Positions 9,501 through 16,945 of a stretch of 37,232 nucleotides of DNA are shown piece after piece. Source of the DNA: a virus. How positions within the stretch are numbered: the stretch's first letter is position 1; each line of letters starts with the position of its first letter. The translations under genes were made by a program, and so were the position numbers. The notes beneath the pieces were generated by a model. It did not search any database, was not told the DNA's origin, and saw nothing but the letters and a program-made list of their open reading frames with translations. The stretch is taken from IMG/VR virus record IMGVR_UViG_3300025637_000004, one strand, 5' to 3'.

Positions 9501-10665
9501 GCTTGCGAGTAAATTCGCCATTAAACTTTCTTTCAGATTGCGCGCTAAGCTGAGATGTTGCTTTTGCTTTTACCACCCATACTGTTTGCTCAAAAGTAGA
9601 GTCAGTTTCTAAAAATGAACGCAAACCGACCCATACTGCTTTATCGTTAGTTCTAAAATCGTCTTGAGTTAAATTTGTTCTTCGCGCCCTTACCTCATAA
9701 CGCCCTGAAGTAACTGTCTTTTTAACAGTATATCTAAGCGTATCAATTGTGGCTTGTGAATAAGTTTTTGTTGCCAACGACAACCAACTACCAACTGCCG
9801 CGCCAGATCCGTCAATTTCCCGGTACTGGAAAGCTAGGTTTACTGTTCTAGTGCTTAGCCCACCATCATCATCTGATCGTGAAATACCGCGCGGAAATTG
9901 TATATCAACGGCTAAAGTATCGGTCGTTGTTCCCGAAGCGTTTGCAATATAAGGCCCGATCCAGCTAGTATATTCTGGTTCATTTGTTGCAAAAAGATCA
10001 ACTCCAGAACCTCCAACCTCTGAGGCGGTGTAAACATCTGGGCGAAAAAGATCGACAACTTGTCCCGGCTCATAAAGCGCATAAGTAACATCATCAAAAT
10101 TAGAAATATCAGTTTGGCCAATTTTTAAATTGGTGTGATCGTAAGAACCCCAGCCGATTGAAAACGCTTGGAACAAATACTCGTCGTTACCGATATATTC
10201 TTTATATGGCTTGGCGGCCCAATCAGGAAAAACACGCCACCGCCCGTATCTGTCCGGGATAGCTTCGCCTAATCTTGGCGAGTTGCCTTGTGCGTTGACG
10301 CTGTATGACGGCGACTGATTTTCTTGAGTGGTTGCGTCGTCGGGTACGTTAATTAATGTAGTTGCCGCTACTGCAACTGCAACTGCAACTATAACAATAT
10401 ACAACCATGTCAAAGGGTCTAAGCCTTGTGGTCGACTAGCAATTATTAACCTTTGATTTTTGTGTATTACAGTATCTTTCCACTTTTCAGCTTCTACATA
10501 TTCGCCGTCTAAAAGGACAACAATGGGTTGCTCTTCTCCGCTAACGAAGTTTGTTGTGTTGTTGGCGACAAAATCATGTACAGATTGACCGGCTGGTATT
10601 TCCTGCCAATCAAAATTAGCGCTAAACGGGTCTTTAAGAATTGCTAAGAATGCTGTCATGTACAT
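3565..10665 (-). CDS. Giant host-specificity / central tail fibre protein: gpI-like N-terminus fused to a gpJ-like body, FN3 domains, coiled coil, decapeptide-repeat fibre, three jelly-roll (CBM-like) modules and a C-terminal receptor-binding domain
   Basis: 2366-aa uninterrupted ORF. Elements, in order:
- A hydrophobic segment LTWLYIVIVAVAVAVAATTLI at about residue 85-105.
- The J-type motif PRLGEAIPDRYGRWRVFPDWAAKPY.
- FN3-like segments (ISWNPNGKRYFVEYS.., NIEWTDSVQAQSYYVEY.., VIEWTPSQEG..).
- Repeats of the type ADKIVSGSVSADKLAANSIT.
- Recurring GTKPP linkers.
- CBM4_9-like starts NLVANASFDEGLQNISFW and NLIRNAELGG. Confidence 0.85.
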   Translation of the reverse strand: MYMTAFLAILKDPFSANFDWQEIPAGQSVHDFVANNTTNFVSGEEQPIVVLLDGEYVEAEKWKDTVIHKNQRLIIASRPQGLDPLTWLYIVIVAVAVAVAATTLINVPDDATTQENQSPSYSVNAQGNSPRLGEAIPDRYGRWRVFPDWAAKPYKEYIGNDEYLFQAFSIGWGSYDHTNLKIGQTDISNFDDVTYALYEPGQVVDLFRPDVYTASEVGGSGVDLFATNEPEYTSWIGPYIANASGTTTDTLAVDIQFPRGISRSDDDGGLSTRTVNLAFQYREIDGSGAAVGSWLSLATKTYSQATIDTLRYTVKKTVTSGRYEVRARRTNLTQDDFRTNDKAVWVGLRSFLETDSTFEQTVWVVKAKATSQLSAQSERKFNGEFTRKLPIWNGTVWSAETATRNPMWAYANILRAEYGGDYSDSNLNLTEIKAVADACDSRSDYYDGQFDRKGTLWAALKQVCSSCRSHPVQFGDYFSVVRDDGNPQASYMMNGRNTTKPINVTFQTMDQWADDSIEIEYTDPTSWKPERILCAIPGTAGAKPKLIKMPFLTDATQANREGMFLAARFAYRTIVTEITTELDGMVPQYLDGLQVVSHYMNWGKGGEVVAVSGQRLTLSEPVEFGASNNFIYLRADNGARSAAYAVTEVVGQPYKVDVTDSIPSYLYTGNAKTKTFFAFADGVETPRAMLVEDISRSGEVAVKIRAVLDDPRVHQYDALINSGTILTPPPQPPAGDKDLSISGVQVIYGGTSQDPLVKISWNPNGKRYFVEYSYNAGALWEGRETVVEPTITLALKNATVDIRIAAQDEETGAWYEFQIEAGSSFDAPETPSGLQLVGGVFNSSVLNIEWTDSVQAQSYYVEYANESSPTVIKWSQNVTGITTSLDVDTALLNGLSREMRVKLYGVNANNVRSNLPAEITVKNEQVAELTGVVVSAGIEQAVIEWTPSQEGDRQGVAIWASTTNGFTPSLTTLATMDAGFALYQYPTADGVAWYFKIAAFDKWGFDELNYPVQYSVTGVGVNIDLTAIEDDIAAVQLDLDAAEATLVTLDTDLEVLAGTVSTLDGDLTAAEVTLSGLSGKFPIVGTDITNSAISTEKVAANAITADLIAANSITAAKIVSGVISADKLSANSVAADKIVSGSVSADKLAANSITADKIVSGAVSADKLSANSITADKVSVNAIEASAIKASAVTADKLAVNSVTAAKIVGGTITGDKLVANTITSDKVDTRNLTIKDDDGNVIFGSGQNVDYSRVGGTKPPANAAVNSPSIGAKSNYLTFESANNGEIYIHGFNAEGQAADIPGYISYNGEQISIQGKILTGNGTTTGFLVYDPDPADLTGYTRPYLVNSVAVDKVFAKKEGQQWSYDDNTTWVPFTPSATAVVFGEAITTSRDNVASASAWGYGRSPASIVDPNATEGATWGNNVTGQPSDTELSASTGMLETFQYDSISELPWTGLSNGAGELELTIAAGGEVGGKVLQIGNNSGNDEAWLVFNKSIPYNPSKIYRIAFRVKRLSGTGFLYLGVSGRNATDTNWVNKNGAASYSSQHYFAASGATPGTEWVTYVGFFSGSNTTGNGVTTNSYDSPATLHEDAKYFRPHFIVNYNDAPGQVQVDGVVVEVLSANPDATVGADSSNLAVGSGLNLVANASFDEGLQNISFWQPGPVTVGLDYSPSTTLKNGHTVFVQQASTNPDPNQLTNINFGTLGSTDNTPVTIGERLEGSLYVGALRCEAVLLVVWLSSTQVYLSSTTIETIYPDEASGGTDIDGYKRMGGFVTVPNIADVSYGRLCIQKKGTESGSVDSFLYATRPMLARAFTNQTELSEWNPGTTKTNWENIPERPDASALLNNLQTFGDIQGDKPHIDADVTSANIAAGFADQGSLASLNSVAYSSNFITGTKPPSDAEANVGPNLIRNAELGGPKTPASSTASQVVEGWTHYTNNVSESYVKNATVSEIPPWGKLDQRIFHTAITATLSGATGRWTTAATIPIDITKNYNLSGWFRSVSGDGRVYLRLQCVTASGSSAAYQYLQTLSNTPITSTWTRYDKAFGPQGEQNFSSDTVAAFVQVYVGYAQISVTQGAGFVLNEGLTPQKIDAIEKFPLSYLSTVDYSSNFISGTKPPSNATAGATWGSNIGGQPSNNALLNSNQNYSDVTGGPPTNADNTGSNTALNVVGQTDFATLSQINADNISTYISGAAIDTAQIKTAAIGTLQIENNQTIFIPKLVAFNAAIHTLYAYYPDTYFFQNLPHTVTTFSFANAMAQTSVMLNVRFNGNLQKVGFIRDWRVILLRKIGSGDFVKIGNISNLSPPAGDYEFDVWFTDNPGAGTVTYAVGTELTGDWNFSIGYTVGYFRTNCSGQIVLMGGKR
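7021..7400 (-). repeat. In-frame tandem repeats of 30/60-bp period, encoding about 14 decapeptide fibre repeats
   Basis: The sequence rows 7141-7200, 7201-7260, 7261-7320 and 7321-7380 align column by column (for example cgccgtaatactgtttgctg.cagcttatctgccgacacc...). They translate to ...SADKLSANSITADKIVSGAV... on the minus strand. Confidence 0.85.
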
Positions 10666-11041
10666 AATACCTAATTTGTTTAAATCCAGACTGTTTTAGT
10701 CTTGAGATTGATTCTAGAGAAACGTTTGCACCGTCACGGGAATGCAAAACCCGCCCATTAGTGTAAATACCAATATGGTGAAAAAATCTAGTTTTTAATG
10801 ACAACATAACGACAGCGCCCTCTATGGGCTCGTCTATCTGAATCCATTGTTTTTTACCCGCTTCTGATTCAAATGCGCGATTAATAGATTTATGATCGTC
10901 AGTAATAACATCTAAAAATCTATCGGCCTCGATGTTAAAATGGGTTTTTAGGCAATGAACAACGAGACCCCAGCAGTCGTAAGCATCCGGGCCAGTCGCA
11001 TAAGCGACCCAAGGAATTCCGATATATTGTTTGGCCCACAT
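10634..11041 (-). CDS. NlpC/P60-family tail protein (lambda gpK position)
   Basis: Catalytic Cys context AYDCWGLVVH and His context FHHIGIY. It sits between the L-like and I/J-like genes. Confidence 0.8.
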   Translation of the reverse strand: MWAKQYIGIPWVAYATGPDAYDCWGLVVHCLKTHFNIEADRFLDVITDDHKSINRAFESEAGKKQWIQIDEPIEGAVVMLSLKTRFFHHIGIYTNGRVLHSRDGANVSLESISRLKQSGFKQIRYYVHDSILSNS

Positions 11042-11560
11042 TTAGGCTAAACCGGGGTGGCTTTGTAGGGTGTAATTTATTGCAGGGTATGATTTATTAA
11101 GAACGTCTGTAAAAACGGCTCTTGCTGTAACTTGCTCTGGCGATACTGAAGGATTTATAACTGTCATTTGGTACGGTATATTTTGCGGCTCTGACAAATC
11201 GCTGGAAACAAAATAACGCAAGATGGCTTTTATAGGCTCCCTTGGCGCTGCAATGACCTGCTCTAGCTGCTCGATTACCTCGCCGCTAACAGCGTCCAGT
11301 GTTATTGTCATTTCCTGGCGCCCTTTAATACCTTTATTGGGCGCTCTAATGGCTAACCCGGACGCTGTGAATACAACGGCTGCGGCAGGATCAAAAGGCG
11401 CGCCAGCCTCAAGCGTCGCGGTTAAATCATCGAAGCCTGAACAAAGCCTTATCACACCCGCAGGGCTTTGATAGTCAAAAGCTGAGTGTAGCAACTCTAA
11501 TGTTGTATAAAGAATCTTATCACTCGGATTTGAAGCGTAAACCTCATCTAATAAACTCAT
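11042..11560 (-). CDS. Minor tail protein, DUF1833 family (gpL position)
   Basis: Pattern LYTTLELLHSAF....IRLCSGFDDL...VVFTASGLAIRAPNKG....ITLDAVSGEV...TARAVFTDVLNKSYP...HPGL typical of DUF1833. Position downstream of the tape measure gene. Confidence 0.65.
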   Translation of the reverse strand: MSLLDEVYASNPSDKILYTTLELLHSAFDYQSPAGVIRLCSGFDDLTATLEAGAPFDPAAAVVFTASGLAIRAPNKGIKGRQEMTITLDAVSGEVIEQLEQVIAAPREPIKAILRYFVSSDLSEPQNIPYQMTVINPSVSPEQVTARAVFTDVLNKSYPAINYTLQSHPGLA

Positions 11561-11910
11561 GCCTCGATAACCGTCAACGTAAAACCTACCATTTCACTCG
11601 AAAGCATTTTTTGTGCTCCAACTTTTAGAATTAAGACCTCTACAGTTCCAAGGCCCGACGGTGTAAGCAACGGTAAATCAACGGTAAGCGTCCCTCCTGC
11701 TAATGTTGCATAGTAAAACGCGTCAAACGTTGCCCATTGCGCTAAAGTCATTGTATAACTAGCGGTAAACTCCCGAGGCGTGTTTGCATAAAGCAACCTA
11801 ACTCTGGGCGCGCCTTGCTGAACTTTTGTTATAACTCGCCCGTCATTTCTTGAAGTGCTGTAAGAATTTAAAAGCGGATATTGTGGTAAGGTTCCCGGCC
11901 AAGCTGCCAT
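11557..11910 (-). CDS. Minor/distal tail protein (gpM position)
   Basis: 117 aa, immediately after the tape measure gene, with 1-4-nt overlaps to both neighbours. Assigned by position only. Confidence 0.45.
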   Translation of the reverse strand: MAAWPGTLPQYPLLNSYSTSRNDGRVITKVQQGAPRVRLLYANTPREFTASYTMTLAQWATFDAFYYATLAGGTLTVDLPLLTPSGLGTVEVLILKVGAQKMLSSEMVGFTLTVIEA

Positions 11911-13976
11911 TATCTTCTCGCTCCATAGGCTGAATTAATACCGTAACGAGACTCCATAGCGTCACCAACCCGGCCGCCGTTCATTTCGTCAATCATTTTG
12001 TCAACTGCTAGATCAATTGTAATTCCGCGCTCATCCTGCGAAACCGAGTGATTACCCGCCGGTGCGTTATTAATAACCACGCTTAATTTTTCGCTACTGC
12101 CTTTATCAACATTGTCTTTGCTTTGAACAAACTCGCCTTTTTGCAAAAAGTAAGTCCCGTCAGTGGGTACTGCACCGCCGTCATGCATAACACCGGCTAA
12201 ACCTGTTGCCAGTGCTGAAGTGTTAGTTATCGCTGCGGCCGCAGGAATAGCGTTGCCGCCAAAAGATGCAAGGCTCGTCATCGCCGCCGCTTGCGACCAT
12301 CCAAGCGCAACCGTTTTACCGGCTACTACTGCTGCTGCGGTTTCGTTGGCTAAAATAGATTTACCCATTGCAGCCATTATCATTTTTTTAACGCCAATTT
12401 CTACAAGCGTCGATAATATTTGCTTGCCCATATCAACAACAATTGATTTTGCAGCGTCACCTAGATTTTTTTGCTCAAAAACCGCATTTGCAACGGCGTT
12501 ACCGATACCAGCTGAAAACCTGTTCGCAGCATCATCCCAAATTGCAACCCATTCCTCTGCTGCCTTTATCGCCTGTTCGTTGTCCTCTTCATATTTTGTT
12601 TGTTTAATTTCTTCAAGATCAGCGTCTCGGGCTTCTTTTAACTGGCGAAGTAAATCAGCCTGCTGCGTGTCAGTTTCTAACGTGTTATCGAGAATTATCT
12701 GACGTCTTCTATTATAACTTTCATTAACCGCATTTTCTTCGCTTAATAACGATTGACGAACGCGCTCAAAAGCTCCACTTGTATCAGCAACAGCAACGCC
12801 AACGTCAATATTACCGCCGCCTGTATTTTCTTTCGATAGTGCAGCAGCCTTTGCGTTAGCGTTTGCAACTAGATTTATTGCGGCAACCGCCTTTCTCGCT
12901 TGGTCAAGCGGCATTTCTAACATCATTAATTTGTTAAGATCTTCAACAGCCGTACCAAGATCTGCAGTCATTTCTGAAGCAAGATTTTGTAATCCTTTGC
13001 TTGTTTCAGCCGTCACCCCGGGTATTTTATTTAAAACATTTGTAGCTACCCTATCAACGCCCGCCCAAGCCTCCAGAGTGGCGGCCGCATAGCCAATAAC
13101 AGCAACTTTTACAGAGGCCCAAATTACCTCCATTCCTCTTATCGTATTCCCTAAAAATCCAACGCCGGTAACTAAGCTTGATACAACTGATTTTGCAACA
13201 CTACCAAATCCCCCGGCCTCCTTCGCGGCATCCACAAAACGATCACTAATAGCTTCAACTAAGGGCGCGAGTTCAGTTGCCAAAGACTTACCAAAAGCAG
13301 AGTTAGTTTTTTGAACTTTTAAAAATGAATCATTCGCGGCTTCTATTTTTGCCAAATCAAACCGAGTTAACGTTATACCAAGCTCGTTCGCCTCTTGCTC
13401 CATTTCTGCTAAACCACCAGACCCGAGAGCTAGCGTATTCACTAACGAAACGCCTTCGGAGTCGAATAATTTCATCGCTAACCGGACACGATCACCAGAG
13501 TCGCCAACGTTATTCATGGCGTCCGCAAGAACAGAAAACTGTTGATCTGGCGACAGTTTTGCGAGGTCTTTGGCGTTTAAATTCAGCTCTGCTAAAGCTT
13601 TTACAGCCTCACCAGTACCTTGGCCAGCCTCTGCTACTCTTCGGGTCATCCGCTGAAGAGCCATGTTTGTGGTTTCAATCGAAACGCCGGTTAACTCGCC
13701 CGCGTAACCAATTGCGGTTAGCTTTTCCGGTAATATCCCTAACTTATCTGCTGTTTTAGCTAGTTTATCTGCTTCCTTTGCTGCCACAACGTAAGATGCT
13801 GCTATTGCTGTAACCCCGGCCGCAGCGACTCCTGCCATCATTTTGCCTACAGCATTTACCTCTGACCGTGTTTTTTTACCCCAGTTTTTTGTATATTTTC
13901 CCGCTTTTGTAAGCTCGGATCTTAGTTTTGCAGACTTAGCGACCAGATCAATTGTTAGCGTTGCAACTGTTGCCAT
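11910..13976 (-). CDS. Tail tape measure protein
   Basis: 688 aa, Ala/Gly-rich and helical. It carries a TP901-type tape-measure N-terminal domain (..TADKLGILPEKLTAIGYAGELTGVSIETTNMALQRMTRRVAEA..) and follows the chaperone pair. Confidence 0.9.
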   Translation of the reverse strand: MATVATLTIDLVAKSAKLRSELTKAGKYTKNWGKKTRSEVNAVGKMMAGVAAAGVTAIAASYVVAAKEADKLAKTADKLGILPEKLTAIGYAGELTGVSIETTNMALQRMTRRVAEAGQGTGEAVKALAELNLNAKDLAKLSPDQQFSVLADAMNNVGDSGDRVRLAMKLFDSEGVSLVNTLALGSGGLAEMEQEANELGITLTRFDLAKIEAANDSFLKVQKTNSAFGKSLATELAPLVEAISDRFVDAAKEAGGFGSVAKSVVSSLVTGVGFLGNTIRGMEVIWASVKVAVIGYAAATLEAWAGVDRVATNVLNKIPGVTAETSKGLQNLASEMTADLGTAVEDLNKLMMLEMPLDQARKAVAAINLVANANAKAAALSKENTGGGNIDVGVAVADTSGAFERVRQSLLSEENAVNESYNRRRQIILDNTLETDTQQADLLRQLKEARDADLEEIKQTKYEEDNEQAIKAAEEWVAIWDDAANRFSAGIGNAVANAVFEQKNLGDAAKSIVVDMGKQILSTLVEIGVKKMIMAAMGKSILANETAAAVVAGKTVALGWSQAAAMTSLASFGGNAIPAAAAITNTSALATGLAGVMHDGGAVPTDGTYFLQKGEFVQSKDNVDKGSSEKLSVVINNAPAGNHSVSQDERGITIDLAVDKMIDEMNGGRVGDAMESRYGINSAYGARR

Positions 13977-13989
13977 GATTTAACCTTTA

Positions 13990-14537
13990 TCAATTGCCCC
14001 AATTATCGGAGCGAGCATTTTGTAAAAAACTATCTGTGCGCTGTTTTCTGATTTTTTCTTGATCAGAAGTAAAGCCCATTTTGATCAACTGATAAACCAG
14101 CCTATATTCAAGCTCTTCTGCGTCGATATGCTCGGAAACTTCGCGGATAGAGCAGCCTAGCGCGTCACAAACTTCGATCAGCGCCATTAATTTAGGCTGG
14201 CTTATTAGTTTTTTTCTGTAGCCTCTACGTCTTCAATAACACTGGAGTCAGAACCAAGCGCAAAAGAAAATATTTGTGATATCGCGGTGGAAGACACATT
14301 TTTACGAAACAATGTAACTTCTCCTATTGAGACATCACCTCCTTTTACAAATTCGAGTGCTTTGGTGCTTATGTATTTCTCCAATTTTTCACCCTTCAAA
14401 TCAACCAAAGCGGCTTGCACATCAAACGCTTCTGCCGCACTAACCGGGCGAATATCGACAACTCCGACCCCGGCTACTTTTGTAGAAACCGGGGTTAGAA
14501 ATTGTTTAGAAATCAAATCATCGAAGCTAATACTCAT
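13990..14537 (-). CDS. Tail assembly chaperone frameshift product (gpGT analogue) made by a -1 shift at 14208-14214
   Basis: After A AAA AAC the -1 frame reads CTA ATA AGC CAG CCT AAA TTA ATG GCG... with no stop. It runs directly into the 65-aa ORF 13990..14187. Confidence 0.65.
14205..14537 (-). CDS. Tail assembly chaperone (gpG analogue)
   Basis: 110 aa and acidic, between the major tail and tape measure genes. It ends ...GAA AAA AAC TAA, which contains a slippery heptamer. Confidence 0.75.
   Translation of the reverse strand: MSISFDDLISKQFLTPVSTKVAGVGVVDIRPVSAAEAFDVQAALVDLKGEKLEKYISTKALEFVKGGDVSIGEVTLFRKNVSSTAISQIFSFALGSDSSVIEDVEATEKN
14208..14214 (-). promoter_or_regulatory. Programmed -1 ribosomal frameshift slippery heptamer A AAA AAC
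   Basis: An X XXY YYZ heptamer in the zero frame, directly before the gpG-like stop codon. The downstream -1 frame is open. Confidence 0.65.
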
Positions 14538-14981
14538 TTAAGCCACCTTGGTTAGTGCAGCAGGGCCATCTTGCTGACCTTTAATTCCAAACATCTGCTT
14601 CGCGTCGCCTTGGGCAGCCTCACCAGCATAATACCCGTTTAAAGCCAGCGTAATTTCGGTAACATCGCCAGATTGATAAGTTATTTTCATCATTACCTTG
14701 ATTCGAGCAATCGCGGCATTAATTAAAGCGTCTTGAACCGTAGAATCACCAACTCGATTAAAGGCAAGTTCCCATTCTGGCGGCGTTTGAACGCCGGGAA
14801 CATAGGTTTTGGTTAATTCGTCGATTGATGTGACTTCAACGAAAGAACCCTCAACGCCAACCTGCGGGATAGTCTCCACACCGGGAACCAGCGCATAAGT
14901 TACGCCGTCATCGGTTGAAAGCTCTAATACAGCGCCTTGCGCTACAACTACATTGCTTTGAACTACTGTTTGTTTAGCCAT
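14538..14981 (-). CDS. Major tail protein
   Basis: 147 aa, directly upstream of the chaperone pair. Good SD (AAGGTAATTAAAAATG context). Size and position match TP901-1/phi13-type major tail proteins. Confidence 0.7.
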   Translation of the reverse strand: MAKQTVVQSNVVVAQGAVLELSTDDGVTYALVPGVETIPQVGVEGSFVEVTSIDELTKTYVPGVQTPPEWELAFNRVGDSTVQDALINAAIARIKVMMKITYQSGDVTEITLALNGYYAGEAAQGDAKQMFGIKGQQDGPAALTKVA

Positions 14982-14995
14982 TTTTAATTACCTTG

Positions 14996-15376
14996 TTAGT
15001 CATAAAATAAAGTGAAGTCTATAGATTTCCTATAGAGTTTTGTTTCTGATTCAAACTCTGACCGCTCTTCTCCGACGCTTATTAATTGAATGTTATAACC
15101 ATAGTCGGCATTATTAATGCCATCTAACGCTTCTATTAAGATTTGCGCCAGCGAAGAGACAGTTGATAAACGATTTCCAAAAATATCGACCTGAAATTCT
15201 GAGCGTTTTTGCGCCGAGCTATTGTCAATATTTTTAGATCGCCTGCTATATATTTCTTGATATGTAATATATAAATCAGCTTGAGAGGGAGCTATCAACG
15301 CGTGTATTTGAGCACCTACAACGTTGGTTATTGCTTCTGTGTTAATTAGTATTTTATAAAATGCTTGATCAATCAT
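14996..15376 (-). CDS. Tail completion / tail terminator protein (DUF3168-like)
   Basis: 126 aa at the conserved position between the gp10-like and major tail genes. The pattern ..IHALIAPSQADLYITYQ......FQVDIFG.. is DUF3168-like. Confidence 0.6.
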   Translation of the reverse strand: MIDQAFYKILINTEAITNVVGAQIHALIAPSQADLYITYQEIYSRRSKNIDNSSAQKRSEFQVDIFGNRLSTVSSLAQILIEALDGINNADYGYNIQLISVGEERSEFESETKLYRKSIDFTLFYD

Positions 15377-15879
15377 CGTTTTTTTACCAATTTACGCCGC
15401 GCTAACTCAATACGCCGAATAAGGCGCGTTTTAAATAAAGAAACAGCCTTTGCGCTTTCTGAAACAGCTGGCCGGACAAATGGTTTAGCGACTCTGCGAG
15501 ATGTGCCATATTCGATAAAATAAGCGTAATAAGCTCGATGGACTCCAACAGAAACAATAGCTACATCATCATCTTTAAAGCCGCGCCTGTTTCTGCCGTT
15601 AGTTTTATTCATTCTTGATCGAATTTTTACTCGATCTTTCAACATGCCAGACCCAACTTGTAAAGATTTGCCTCTTTTTGATAAAGACTTTAGATCTTTA
15701 ACTTTTGTTTGCGAATCGGCCGGGCTTACTGGCGCGTTTTGCTTTATTTTTTGATGTATGGGTTTCGCTGCATCTCGCAACGCTGTTTTTAAAGTCTTAG
15801 CACCAAGTTCAGACCCTAAACCGAGCAAAGCTGTCTCTAATTCTTCCAACCCTAATATTTCTATTTCAGATTCGATCAT
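15373..15879 (-). CDS. HK97 gp10-family head-tail joining protein
   Basis: Motifs LGLEELETAL..LKTALRDAAKPI and YYAYFIEYGTSRRVAKPFVRPA are typical of the HK97 gp10 family. Confidence 0.8.
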   Translation of the reverse strand: MIESEIEILGLEELETALLGLGSELGAKTLKTALRDAAKPIHQKIKQNAPVSPADSQTKVKDLKSLSKRGKSLQVGSGMLKDRVKIRSRMNKTNGRNRRGFKDDDVAIVSVGVHRAYYAYFIEYGTSRRVAKPFVRPAVSESAKAVSLFKTRLIRRIELARRKLVKKR

Positions 15880-16205
15880 TCGACAACTTTACAAATAAAC
15901 TTTATTTCTTTATTTTTCATGCCCACATTCTCAGGAGGCGCTGTAACTTCAAAAATAAGCGACGAATATACAAGCCTGTATTTACTAGTAATCGTCGCGC
16001 TTATGCTGTCATATCGCATCAGTATTTTGTGCGTAGATTCTGCAATTTCTGCACTAGACGAATACTCTTCACCGCCAGCAAATCCAGTGATTTCACATCG
16101 ACGCTCTGCAACTAATTCCCAAGTAGAAACTGTTTGCCCAAAGTCGTCTTTTGCAATACCGGGATATTCAATTCTAACCCTATGACGTAAGTTCCCAGCT
16201 TTCAT
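15876..16205 (-). CDS. Head closure / head-tail adaptor protein (SPP1 gp16-like)
   Basis: MKAGNLRHRVRIE....DDFGQTVSTWELVAERRCEI....GEEY pattern of the Phage_H_T_join family. Confidence 0.8.
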   Translation of the reverse strand: MKAGNLRHRVRIEYPGIAKDDFGQTVSTWELVAERRCEITGFAGGEEYSSSAEIAESTHKILMRYDSISATITSKYRLVYSSLIFEVTAPPENVGMKNKEIKFICKVVE

Positions 16206-16756
16206 CCGAAAACCCTGTATTGATCTAAAAATGAGCTAATGCCAAGTGGAACTAGGTTCACTTTTCTATCGCTCGACCCCTCCCGGTTATTATAAAGATG
16301 GCCGACCATCAACAATACGCCGGTTTTTATTCCGTCGGGTACGTCTTGTGATGTAGCGTAGCCACTTATTACCTCTACTCTAATAGAATTTGGCCGATCA
16401 CTTACTAAAGGCCATCCCGCTGGAAATTCTATGAGTGAAGGGTAGCTGTACTGATCAAAATAATAATCTTCGGCACTTAAAGTTTGCTCGGAGCCGTTTA
16501 TATCGTCATATTTTAATGTAACGCTATTAACTCCTTCGGTATAAAGACGAAGAACAGAATCAAATCCATCAAAATAATAGGTATATGTTTGCGCCATTAT
16601 TGGCCGATTCATATAACGCTGCGCATAAGATTCTGCCTGCTCAATTAGAGATAATAAAAAAGCATCGTCTTCAGACCCCTCGATAATTAACAAAGTCTTC
16701 GCATCACTAACCGACACGCAATTTAGAACGGGTTTTGTTGTGATGCGCCTCTTCAT
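16202..16756 (-). CDS. gp6-like head-tail connector protein
   Basis: ..VSDAKTLLIIEGSEDDAFLLSLIEQAESYAQRYMNRPIM.QTY.. is typical of the gp6-like/QLRG connector family. Confidence 0.75.
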   Translation of the reverse strand: MKRRITTKPVLNCVSVSDAKTLLIIEGSEDDAFLLSLIEQAESYAQRYMNRPIMAQTYTYYFDGFDSVLRLYTEGVNSVTLKYDDINGSEQTLSAEDYYFDQYSYPSLIEFPAGWPLVSDRPNSIRVEVISGYATSQDVPDGIKTGVLLMVGHLYNNREGSSDRKVNLVPLGISSFLDQYRVFG

Positions 16757-16908
16757 TTTACGGCCTTTTTCTTTGGTGCTGGTTTAATAACTGCTTCTGC
16801 TTGACCGCTAGCGATTAATCGAATTTCGTATTCTTTATCAAGCGTTACAACTTCGCCAACTTGATAGGAAAAATCAGATCCCGCGATACTCGTTAATAAT
16901 TTAATCAT
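16753..16908 (-). CDS. Small hypothetical protein (51 aa), absent from the ORF track
   Basis: ATG at 16908 and TGA at 16753-16755, which overlaps the ATG of the next gene (ATGA). Translates to MIKLLTSIAGSDFSYQVGEVVTLDKEYEIRLIASGQAEAVIKPAPKKKAVK. Confidence 0.45.
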   Translation of the reverse strand: MIKLLTSIAGSDFSYQVGEVVTLDKEYEIRLIASGQAEAVIKPAPKKKAVK

Positions 16909-16918
16909 ATTAAATAGA

Positions 16919-16934
16919 GGGCTGTTGCCAGCCC
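16919..16934 (-). terminator. Hairpin after the major capsid gene (leaky terminator candidate)
   Basis: The minus strand reads GGGCTG-GCAA-CAGCCC followed by TCTATTTAAT, 12 nt after the capsid stop. Confidence 0.45.
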
Positions 16935-16945
16935 CCTTCCTATAG

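Noticed and set aside
3565-10665. Diversity-generating retroelement acting on the fibre repeats
   Set aside because: There is no reverse transcriptase ORF anywhere in the genome. There is also no template/variable repeat pair with adenine-specific differences. The repeats are in-frame structural or linker repeats.
12163-12702. 179-aa + strand ORF, and the similar 13325..13759 ORF, inside the tape measure gene
   Set aside because: Both are antisense to a strongly supported tape measure ORF, Ala/Ser-rich from GC-rich codon complements, and have no SD. They are shadow ORFs. The same reasoning applies to 901..1146, 1632..1928, 1703..2185, 2279..2575, 11223..11471, 14287..14541, 15919..16185, 18328..18834, 20642..21342, 22833..23258, 23413..23925, 24387..24662, 27142..27471, 31514..31768, 32238..32492 and 35845..36027.
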